Assembly: GCA_026395955.1 (NCBI GenBank)
Contig: JAPLXR010000008.1
Coordinates: forward strand, 5,179 to 69,178
Reading direction: 5' to 3'
Source: Candidatus Nomurabacteria bacterium
Lineage (GTDB): Bacteria > Patescibacteriota > Minisyncoccia > Phycocordibacterales > UBA9973
DNA: 64,000 nt
The translations under genes were made by a program, and so were the position numbers. Below, one piece after another: positions 41,150-49,205 of this stretch; the first letter of the stretch is position 1; every line of letters starts with the position of its first letter. The notes beneath the pieces were generated by a model that saw nothing but the letters and a program-made list of their open reading frames with translations, did not search any database and had not been told where the DNA came from.

Positions 41150-41171
41150 ATCCCCGTAATGGGGATTTTTT
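41150..41171. terminator. bidirectional terminator
   Basis: atcccc-gtaat-ggggat plus T5. A-run upstream. Confidence 0.6.
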
Positions 41172-41427
41172 ATTTTGTTTTCTCTAATTTTTCTACTCTC
41201 ATTGTGAGGTTCTCAATTCTTCTATCGTTATATGAGTTATCTCTATCTAAACTAGAAATACTTTGTCGAAAATTTTTATTATCATCATGAATAGTTTTAA
41301 TTTCTTTTATGATTATATCTAAAGCTCCTTCAACTCTTTCAAAAGACCTAGCAACAGACTGCATACTTTTTTCAAAAGTGCTTTCAGTTACATATTTTTC
41401 AGTTGTTTTCTTGACCACCTTTTTCAT
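41170..41427 (-). CDS. small coiled-coil protein
   Basis: 85 aa, charged helical. Confidence 0.4.
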   Translation of the reverse strand: MKKVVKKTTEKYVTESTFEKSMQSVARSFERVEGALDIIIKEIKTIHDDNKNFRQSISSLDRDNSYNDRRIENLTMRVEKLEKTK

Positions 41428-41470
41428 AAATATATTATACTACTAGCTATTATTTTAATGCAAATACTTT

Positions 41471-42082
41471 TTAAGCCTTGTAACCAAATACATTCACTCG
41501 TGCTGGGCGGAGAACTTTGTCTTTTGACTTGTATCCTTTTTGTAAAACTTGAGATATAGTATCGTCTTTTGATTGATCATCTGTCGGCACATGTTCGACT
41601 GATTGATGCAGTTCTGGATTAAATTTCTCGCCGACTTTGCCGATAGATTGCACGCCGTAGTCTTCAAAAACAGAGTTCATTTGATTATAAATATATTCTA
41701 CACCTGTGCGCCAATTTGCGTCTACTTTCTCCCACGCAGTTTTATTGGCAAAAGCCATATCAAAACTATCCATCACCGAAAGAAATTTATCCATCATTCT
41801 TTCTTGGATAATATTTTTAAAATTTGTATTTCTATCTTCTTCTTCTTTTCTATAATTCACAAAACCTGCTCGCTCTTTCTGCCAGCCGGTAAGGTATTCC
41901 TCCTTTTCTGCTTTTGCCTGTTTTAAATCAGCACGAAGTTTCTTTAAAGTTTTCTTTAAATCTTCTTCCCCATCTTCATTAAATTCAAATTCGACGACTT
42001 CACTGTCGTCTGTAACCTCATCGGGAAATTGTGCTGGGATTTCAGTATTTTGTTGTACTATTTCTTCATTTTCTTCGCTCAT
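41471..42082 (-). CDS. grpE: nucleotide exchange factor GrpE
   Basis: Acidic N-terminus, long coiled coil and GrpE C-terminal beta-domain pattern. Confidence 0.85.
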   Translation of the reverse strand: MSEENEEIVQQNTEIPAQFPDEVTDDSEVVEFEFNEDGEEDLKKTLKKLRADLKQAKAEKEEYLTGWQKERAGFVNYRKEEEDRNTNFKNIIQERMMDKFLSVMDSFDMAFANKTAWEKVDANWRTGVEYIYNQMNSVFEDYGVQSIGKVGEKFNPELHQSVEHVPTDDQSKDDTISQVLQKGYKSKDKVLRPARVNVFGYKA

Positions 42083-42097
42083 AAAGTCATTTTAGCA

Positions 42098-42128
42098 TAA
42101 AAAAAATCCTCTTGCGAGGATTTTTTTC
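42098..42128 (-). terminator. terminator downstream of rpsI (also hairpin upstream of grpE)
   Basis: atcctc-ttgc-gaggat flanked by A8 and T7. Confidence 0.5.
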
Positions 42129-42132
42129 TTTC

Positions 42133-42531
42133 TTAACGTTTTGACCATTGTGGAGCTTTACGAGCTTTCTTGAGTCCGAATTTACGGCGTTCTTTTGCTC
42201 TAGGATCACGCTTTAGGAAACCAAGTTTCTTTACAGCGACACGTAGATCTGGTTGATCAGCAACGAGAGCACGAGTAAGTCCATGACGAATAGCTTCAGC
42301 TTGAGAATGTGTTCCTCCTCCTGAAACTTTTACTTCGTAAGAGAATTTCTTGTTTGGCTTACCTTTTACGATAGCTTCCATAACTATTCCCTTTTCTACT
42401 TCTGTCTTGAAATAGTCTTTTGCATCTTTACCATTGATAATGAAAGTTGGTTTTGCAGATTCAAAAATACGTACTCTCGCAGTAGATGTTTTTCTTCTTC
42501 CTATAGCTTCTATGTATTTTTCTTTTGTCAT
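42133..42531 (-). CDS. rpsI: 30S ribosomal protein S9
   Basis: C-terminus RRKFGLKKARKAPQWSKR. Confidence 0.9.
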   Translation of the reverse strand: MTKEKYIEAIGRRKTSTARVRIFESAKPTFIINGKDAKDYFKTEVEKGIVMEAIVKGKPNKKFSYEVKVSGGGTHSQAEAIRHGLTRALVADQPDLRVAVKKLGFLKRDPRAKERRKFGLKKARKAPQWSKR

Positions 42532-42541
42532 ATTGTTTTTA

Positions 42542-42919
42542 TTAATCTGTTATTTCCAACCCTAACATCATTTTTCTTCTAAGCTTGTTATCTGGTAACA
42601 TTTGGTAGATTGCGAGTTTAACTAATTCTTTCAATCCTTTCTTCTCCATTGTTTCCTTTCCTTTTGTAATTCGGAGTCCCCCTGGGTATCCTGAATATTT
42701 AGTATGTTGTATTTCTTCTAACTTCTTCATTGTTATTTTTAACTTTGAAGCGTTAACGATAGTAACTGGTAAACCAGAAAAAACATTACGTTCAAATTTA
42801 GCTGAAGTTTTTCCCATCAAGTGCATAGCTGCTTCTGTAGCTACACGTCCTAGTGTACGTCCACTTGCATCGATGACCTTTGGAGCTATTTTATTTATTT
42901 GTGTTGTTTCTTTTTTCAT
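42542..42919 (-). CDS. rplM: 50S ribosomal protein L13
   Basis: L13 N-terminal pattern, 125 aa. Confidence 0.9.
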   Translation of the reverse strand: MKKETTQINKIAPKVIDASGRTLGRVATEAAMHLMGKTSAKFERNVFSGLPVTIVNASKLKITMKKLEEIQHTKYSGYPGGLRITKGKETMEKKGLKELVKLAIYQMLPDNKLRRKMMLGLEITD

Positions 42920-42940
42920 AATGTTTTTTCTTTTTTATAA

Positions 42941-43294
42941 TTATACAAATTCTATTTGCGCCATTTCTGTCGCATCAGACTTTCTTACTCCTAATTTTAA
43001 TATTCTTGTGTATCCACCTTTCTTGTCAGCGTATTGTGGAGCAATAATATCAAAAAGTTTCTTCACTTCTTTACTGCGATTTGTAAGACGAGCGATAACT
43101 ACACGACGTGAAGCTAAGTCTCCTTTCTTTGCTATAGTTACGAGCTTTTCAACGATAGGACGGATTTCTTTTGCTTTTGGCAAAGTAGTCTTGATTTTTC
43201 CACGTACGATCAAGTTGAGTACGAGTGAATTAATCAACGCACTGCGTTGTACTTTTTCTCTTCCGAATTTTCTGTTTTTGTTATGATGTCTCAT
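42941..43294 (-). CDS. rplQ: 50S ribosomal protein L17
   Basis: MRHHNKNRKFGREKVQRSALI. Confidence 0.9.
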   Translation of the reverse strand: MRHHNKNRKFGREKVQRSALINSLVLNLIVRGKIKTTLPKAKEIRPIVEKLVTIAKKGDLASRRVVIARLTNRSKEVKKLFDIIAPQYADKKGGYTRILKLGVRKSDATEMAQIEFV

Positions 43295-43304
43295 TGTATT
43301 TTAA

Positions 43305-44285
43305 TTAATCTTTCAAATTCAAACCAAATTTACTTAAAACTTTTTTGATTTCTGTTATACCTTTCTCACCCATTCCTTCGATTTCTAATAAATCTTCTTT
43401 TCTCTTGCGAGCAAGGCCACCAAGAGTGCGGACATTTGCATTTGTAAGAGCATTCAAAGTTCTAGTAGAAAGGTCGAGGTTATCTGTGCGAGTTTTCAAA
43501 ACTTCTGACATATCTTTATCATCTTCTTTGTCTTCCATTTTTTCTTCTGTATCTTTTGATGATTTCTTTTCTATTTTTTCTTCTACTTCAACTGGATCTT
43601 TGAAATCAACAATAGCTTTTAATTGTTCAATCATTATTTCGATAGAACGAGTTAAAGCTTCACGTGGAGTAAGTGTTCCGTTTGTTTCGATAGCAATACG
43701 TAGACGATTGTGGTTTGTTTTATCACCAACACGCATATTTTCTACTTCATATGAAATACGACGAATAGGTGTGAAAATAGCATCGACAGCAATAGTACCG
43801 ATTTCTACTTTATCTTTTTGTATAACTTCTTTTGGAACAAAGCCGAGGCCTTTTTCAATACGAAGTTCAATATTTAAATTAATTTTACCTGTAACTTCAC
43901 AGATATGTTGATCTGGACTTAGAACTTCAACTTGTCCTGTTGTTGTAATATCAGCAGCAGTTACAGACTTTGGTCCTTTTACAGACAAAGTAACTGTTTG
44001 AGGCTCATCACCGATAATCTTAAAGCGAACTTTTTTCAAGTTCAAAATCATAACGATAACGTCTTCTTTAACTCCTTCTAGTGTAGAAAATTCGTGACTA
44101 ACACCATCTATCTTTATAGATGTGATAGCAGCACCTGGTAAAGAAGAAAGAATGATTCTTCGTAGAGAGTTACCAAGAGTATGTCCATAGCCAGGATAAA
44201 AACCATCTATTTCATAGATTCCTTTGTTGTTTTCTTCTGAAACAACTCGTGGTTTGGAAGGTAAGATTATATTATAGTCAATCAT
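43305..44285 (-). CDS. rpoA: DNA-directed RNA polymerase alpha subunit
   Basis: NTD and CTD patterns. 326 aa. Position between rpsD and rplQ. Confidence 0.9.
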   Translation of the reverse strand: MIDYNIILPSKPRVVSEENNKGIYEIDGFYPGYGHTLGNSLRRIILSSLPGAAITSIKIDGVSHEFSTLEGVKEDVIVMILNLKKVRFKIIGDEPQTVTLSVKGPKSVTAADITTTGQVEVLSPDQHICEVTGKINLNIELRIEKGLGFVPKEVIQKDKVEIGTIAVDAIFTPIRRISYEVENMRVGDKTNHNRLRIAIETNGTLTPREALTRSIEIMIEQLKAIVDFKDPVEVEEKIEKKSSKDTEEKMEDKEDDKDMSEVLKTRTDNLDLSTRTLNALTNANVRTLGGLARKRKEDLLEIEGMGEKGITEIKKVLSKFGLNLKD

Positions 44286-44343
44286 ATTTTTTTATAAAAA
44301 TTATTATTATTTTTAAAATGTTAAACCTATCTTTAAAAGCTAA

Positions 44344-44940
44344 TTAACGACTGTAAAATTCTAGGACAGCATTAAGGTCAAGGAAAGTTTCAACATTCTT
44401 TGGTTTATCCTTGATCGACCCTTCACCTTTTGTTACATTGAATCCGAGCCATACTGGAGCACTGTATTCTTTTAATTTTTCTCCTAAATTATTAAAAAGT
44501 ACTGAACCACGACTTCCTTCACGGATAGTGATTACATCTCCTGCTTTTGTTTCATATGATGGAACAGTAGTTCTCTTTCCATTAACGATAAAATGACCGT
44601 GTGATACCATTTGACGAGCTAAACGGCGAGTATGAGCGAGACCCATACGGTATACAACATTGTCTAAACGAGCTTCTAGTCTTTCGTAAAGTTTATCAGC
44701 TGCACCAGCACCTTTTGCCTTGATAGCATCACCTACATAATTTGAAAGTTGTCTTTCAGTAATACCATAAGAAAAACGAACTTTTTGTTTTTCTACTAGA
44801 GCTTTACCGTATTCAGACAATGCCTTTGGACGAGCACCTTTTTTACCTTTTGGAGCAACTACGAATTTAGCTGTCTGACATTTGTCATACACTCCTGGGC
44901 CTAGTCTTCTACAAATTTTGAATTTTGGTTTTGATATCAT
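44344..44940 (-). CDS. rpsD: 30S ribosomal protein S4
   Basis: N-terminal RRLG...; S4 domain. Confidence 0.9.
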   Translation of the reverse strand: MISKPKFKICRRLGPGVYDKCQTAKFVVAPKGKKGARPKALSEYGKALVEKQKVRFSYGITERQLSNYVGDAIKAKGAGAADKLYERLEARLDNVVYRMGLAHTRRLARQMVSHGHFIVNGKRTTVPSYETKAGDVITIREGSRGSVLFNNLGEKLKEYSAPVWLGFNVTKGEGSIKDKPKNVETFLDLNAVLEFYSR

Positions 44941-44961
44941 AATATTTTTTAAAAATTAACT

Positions 44962-45390
44962 TTATACTCTACGAGGTTTCTTTGCTTTTGGACCATTGTG
45001 TGGGACAGGTGTAGCATCTTTGATAGAAGTTATTTCTATACCGTGAGCCATGAACGCACGAATAGCTGGTTCACGTCCTGAGCCAACTCCTTTTACAACT
45101 ACATCAGCTTCTTTGATTCCAAGTGTTTGTGCTTTATCACCTACAACGTCTCCAGCTTTTGAAGCAGCGAATGGTGTACCCTTCTTAGCACCTTTGAATC
45201 CTAATGCTCCAGTAGATGACCAAAAGATAACGTTACCATTTTTATCTGTAAATGAAACCTTTGTGTTATTGAAAGTAGCTTCAACATACAAAATCCCAGA
45301 AGTTAATTTCTTCTTTGGAACTTTTTGTGCAGGAGTTTTTACTTCTGCTACTTCTACTTTCTCTTCTGTTGTTTTTGTTGTTTTAGCCAT
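44962..45390 (-). CDS. rpsK: 30S ribosomal protein S11
   Basis: S11 C-terminal signature. Confidence 0.9.
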   Translation of the reverse strand: MAKTTKTTEEKVEVAEVKTPAQKVPKKKLTSGILYVEATFNNTKVSFTDKNGNVIFWSSTGALGFKGAKKGTPFAASKAGDVVGDKAQTLGIKEADVVVKGVGSGREPAIRAFMAHGIEITSIKDATPVPHNGPKAKKPRRV

Positions 45391-45404
45391 TTTATTTAAA
45401 TTAA

Positions 45405-45785
45405 TTATGTCTTACTTTCTTTTCTTCTTCCTGATGCCATTGTCTTTCTGACATTTCCACGAACTGTTCTAGAATTAGTCTTTGTTCTTTGTCCACGTAC
45501 TGGTAGTCTTTTTGTATGACGACTTCCTCTGTAACTCTTGATATCTTTTAATCTTTTTATGTTTGCTGAAATTTCTCTTTTTAGGTTACCTTCGATAGTC
45601 ATAGCTTCGATTATCGCACGGATTTTGTTTTCATCGTCTGGAGACAAGTCTTTTGCTTTTGTACCAGGATCGATGTTGACTTGCTTTAGAATTCTGCGAG
45701 CCATAGGAATACCAATACCATAAAGGCATGTTAAACCAATTTCTAATCTTTTTTCGTTTGGAACTGTTATACCTAGGATTCTCAT
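45405..45785 (-). CDS. rpsM: 30S ribosomal protein S13
   Basis: MRILGITVPNEKRLEIGLTCLYGIG. Confidence 0.9.
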   Translation of the reverse strand: MRILGITVPNEKRLEIGLTCLYGIGIPMARRILKQVNIDPGTKAKDLSPDDENKIRAIIEAMTIEGNLKREISANIKRLKDIKSYRGSRHTKRLPVRGQRTKTNSRTVRGNVRKTMASGRRKESKT

Positions 45786-45789
45786 ATAA

Positions 45790-45900
45790 TTATTGTTTTT
45801 GTTTATGCTTAGGGTTAGTACAAATAACTCGTAGATGTCTTTGACGTCTTACGATTTTACAATTATCACAAATTTTTTGAACTGCTGATTTTATTTTCAT
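45790..45900 (-). CDS. rpmJ: 50S ribosomal protein L36 (absent from ORF track)
   Basis: The reverse complement translates to [36 protein letters not shown], with the L36 C-x2-C...C...H zinc ribbon. Confidence 0.8.
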   Translation of the reverse strand: MKIKSAVQKICDNCKIVRRQRHLRVICTNPKHKQKQ

Positions 45901-46002
45901 ATATATTATAACAAGACAAAAATAAGGGAAAAAACCCTTATTTAATCAGTTTTAAAACCATTTAAATACTATAAGATTCAGTATACACTATTGTTAAAAA
46001 AA

Positions 46003-46224
46003 TTACAACCTTTTCGTTATTCTACCCTTTCCTCCGTAAGGATCTAGAACAACTTCTACAGAATCTCCGATTAAAACTTTGATTCTGTTCATCCTCATTT
46101 TTCCTGAAAGATAAGCTAGGATTTCTTTATTATCCTCCATCATAACTCTAAAAAGAGTACTAGGTAACGCCTCAGTTACTTCACCTCTGGCTGTTAAAAT
46201 TTTATCATTTTTGGAATCACTCAT
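46003..46224 (-). CDS. infA: translation initiation factor IF-1
   Basis: S1-like OB fold, 73 aa. Confidence 0.9.
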   Translation of the reverse strand: MSDSKNDKILTARGEVTEALPSTLFRVMMEDNKEILAYLSGKMRMNRIKVLIGDSVEVVLDPYGGKGRITKRL

Positions 46225-46372
46225 GGATATAGATACATAGTAACAAAATAAAATAATAAAGTCAAAACATTTTATGTTAATAACAATATTTTATAAGACT
46301 TTAATACAAATTGACTTAAATTTTTAAAAATTATAAAGTATATATAAATAAATGTAACTAAAAAACAAGAAA

Positions 46373-46684
46373 ATGGAACCAGAAAATTCAACAAAAAAGG
46401 ACACTTCTGTTAGCCCTGAAGTTAAAGCTTTTGCTAGGATACTTATAGTTGCTGGTATTTTTTTTATTATATCTTATGTGTGTTACGATAATTCAAACAC
46501 TCAATATGTTTTTGTATTTTTAGGATGTTTATCTGTATTAATATCTATAATTATATTAATAATAAAAGGACAAAAACATAGAAAAGAACGTAAGGAAATA
46601 AAAAAACAAAGCAACACAGTAAACGAAAAAGCTATTTGTTTTATTAATAAAACAGTAAAACAAAACAAGCAAAAAACCGGATAA
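46373..46684 (+). CDS. small membrane protein
   Basis: 103 aa, 2 TM, basic C-terminus. Confidence 0.4.
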   Translation: MEPENSTKKDTSVSPEVKAFARILIVAGIFFIISYVCYDNSNTQYVFVFLGCLSVLISIIILIIKGQKHRKERKEIKKQSNTVNEKAICFINKTVKQNKQKTG

Positions 46685-46700
46685 TTATTCCGGTTTTTTT
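46675..46700. terminator. bidirectional terminator (stop codon in loop)
   Basis: aaccgga-taattat-tccggtt plus T5. Confidence 0.6.
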
Positions 46701-46702
46701 AT

Positions 46703-47983
46703 TTATATTTTAGGATAATTTACTGTAATCTTTATATTTTTAACCTTATCAGGAAATGTAGTTCTCCATGCGGGACGAAGTACTAAATCAGCAGAAGAGA
46801 TATTTGTGTACTTTGATAGAGTAGTGTTGAAATCTTTTTTACTACTATTCAATAAATCTGTGGCGAGCTTGTCTGTATCTACTTTCCATATAACATTTGG
46901 TGATCCAGTCAAAGTAAAATCTATTTTTGTGGTATTTGAGAATGAATCACCGTCTTTTGATGACAATGCAAAGATTAAGTCTTTAATATTTGAAATATAA
47001 ACATCGCTACCATCAAACTGAGGTATTAAATTATTTACTAAAGCAATAGTTAGATTCTTCTCATTAAAAATAAAACCATATATAGTACCTTTTAATGTAA
47101 ACACGGCTTGATTGTCTTTTACCTCTGGTGTAGGCACATCAGCAGGTATATCAAAGAAAACAGCATCTTTATATAGAATAAAACCATCTGGTATTTGATC
47201 TGTAGCTTTCTTTAAAAGCTTGTCTTTCAATGAACTTTGTAGATCTGTTAAGGCTTTTGCTTTAGCAATATCATCAATTATCGGAATTTGACCCTTAAAA
47301 CCTCCTACAATAGGATTTTTTGATCTACCGTATATCTTTGTGTATTGTAGAGAGCCTTTAAATCCTAAAATTTTAAAATCCAATGGATCACTATTGTAAT
47401 CTTGACCAAAATCAAAAGCGGTAATTCCAGCTTCTATAGAACCTGGTAATTTGTCTTTTGTAATACCAGGGATAGATACTTTTGCATTTAAATTATAAAT
47501 CTTTCCATTACTACCTTCGAGTCTAGTACCAGCTAGCAGAACTTGTGGAGTAGTATTAAAATTATTATATAAAATAATTGTACCAGTAGCTTTGACTGTA
47601 CTATCTTTCATACCTGTTGTAGCTATATTTTCTGTTGCCTCTCCTGATAAAATTACTGAATCATAACTCAAAACGTCAGATGAAGAATTTTTTACAGCAC
47701 TAAAAGATGAACTTAAGTTAAAATTTTTCTCTTTTGGTGATACAGTGACACTAGCACTTGAGAACAAGGTAGAAATTGAAAATATTAAAAACACAATAGC
47801 AATAATAGCTATAAACCACAATGTTTTTTTAGGTTTATTTTCATTGTCGTCATAAAAATCATCACTCTCTATTTTTCTATGTTGAACAATACGTTTTGGA
47901 CTCAAATCCATAACTTTATTTTCTATTGTTTTATTTTTTACACTTTTAGATGTAATTATGTCTTGAAAAGAATTTTTTGCCAT
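46703..47983 (-). CDS. bitopic membrane protein with large extracytoplasmic domain
   Basis: About 60-aa cytoplasmic N-terminus, one TM, about 340-aa beta-rich ectodomain. Immediately downstream of the actin-like ATPase. Confidence 0.5.
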   Translation of the reverse strand: MAKNSFQDIITSKSVKNKTIENKVMDLSPKRIVQHRKIESDDFYDDNENKPKKTLWFIAIIAIVFLIFSISTLFSSASVTVSPKEKNFNLSSSFSAVKNSSSDVLSYDSVILSGEATENIATTGMKDSTVKATGTIILYNNFNTTPQVLLAGTRLEGSNGKIYNLNAKVSIPGITKDKLPGSIEAGITAFDFGQDYNSDPLDFKILGFKGSLQYTKIYGRSKNPIVGGFKGQIPIIDDIAKAKALTDLQSSLKDKLLKKATDQIPDGFILYKDAVFFDIPADVPTPEVKDNQAVFTLKGTIYGFIFNEKNLTIALVNNLIPQFDGSDVYISNIKDLIFALSSKDGDSFSNTTKIDFTLTGSPNVIWKVDTDKLATDLLNSSKKDFNTTLSKYTNISSADLVLRPAWRTTFPDKVKNIKITVNYPKI

Positions 47984-47992
47984 AATAATATT

Positions 47993-49165
47993 TTATTTAA
48001 GGAAACGATTAATATAAATAGATTCGAGAATAATAAATCGGTCTCGAGAAATACCGTCTTTGAATGAAGCAATACCGTGAAGTGTCTGTGTATCTAAAAC
48101 AACTAATTTAAACTTTGATTCAGTTAGAGTATATTGATTGAATTGTTCATTTTTAATAGTTTCTACAAACCAATTAGACACGTCTTCATCTGCTGTAGTG
48201 AAAATAACTGAAGGTATAGATATGTCATTTGAAAGATTTACCAAAGAATTTTGAAAGTTTTTCAACCAATCAGCTTTAACTTTTATTAAAGACTCATCTA
48301 TCCTTACTTTTAAAACTTCTTCAGCATGACCTTCTCTATATAAAGCAAAAAGTGATTTAGCTTGATCAATAGTTTGACCGAGTAATTCAGCTAAACTTCT
48401 ATACAAAAAATTCTTGCCCATAGGGAAAGATATAGACTCACAGAGAATTTCTTTCTTAACCATAGAAATATCTGTAACTTCCCCACCGATATCTATAAGT
48501 AAAAAACTTTCACGCATTATAAACATATCACGAGCAACGGTAAAACAATTTATCGCCAAAGACGAAAAGATTATACCTTTTGAATGTAAATGTCGTCCTA
48601 TTGATTCTTCGAATTTTTGCAAGACAGATTCTGGGCTCATAGACATAAACAAAACCATCTCTACTTTACTAGCTTTTTCTCCTATCGGAGCTGTAGTAAC
48701 ATAGCCATTCAAAGTAGTTTTCATGTTTTTAAACTCAATGATACGAGCCTTTTTATCTGTTGTAGCGTACTGATTGATATGTTCTTCTTCAAATAAAGCA
48801 ATTTCTTTCTGAATTAAACCATCTGCCATTTTTGCAGTAAAAATAAATGGTGTATTTTTCTCTAATTTTATCGTACGTGTTTGTGACGCATACCAAGGAG
48901 AAGAAAGTGTGCAATATGTTTTTTTTGGTGCACCTAAACCTGATAGACTTATCTTCTTTGCAACTTCTTCTAATGCTTTTAATCCTAAATCTAAAAATCT
49001 ATTAAATTCTAATTTTTCAGTAATAGGAATTTCTTCACGAACAGAAAAAATAATCTCTGGACTACCGGAAGAGTTTTTATAAAAAAGAGCAGCACCGACA
49101 CTGGAAGACCCAATATCAAAAACTGCAACTAATTCATTTTTTTCTTTTTTAGAAAAGAGATTCAT
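47993..49165 (-). CDS. actin-fold ATPase of the PilM/FtsA family
   Basis: N-terminal VAVFDIGSSSVGAALF and DIGGEVTDI phosphate-binding motifs. Confidence 0.55.
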   Translation of the reverse strand: MNLFSKKEKNELVAVFDIGSSSVGAALFYKNSSGSPEIIFSVREEIPITEKLEFNRFLDLGLKALEEVAKKISLSGLGAPKKTYCTLSSPWYASQTRTIKLEKNTPFIFTAKMADGLIQKEIALFEEEHINQYATTDKKARIIEFKNMKTTLNGYVTTAPIGEKASKVEMVLFMSMSPESVLQKFEESIGRHLHSKGIIFSSLAINCFTVARDMFIMRESFLLIDIGGEVTDISMVKKEILCESISFPMGKNFLYRSLAELLGQTIDQAKSLFALYREGHAEEVLKVRIDESLIKVKADWLKNFQNSLVNLSNDISIPSVIFTTADEDVSNWFVETIKNEQFNQYTLTESKFKLVVLDTQTLHGIASFKDGISRDRFIILESIYINRFLK

Positions 49166-49205
49166 ATGATAATTGTATCATACAAAAAATAAAATATGAA
49201 AAGTT

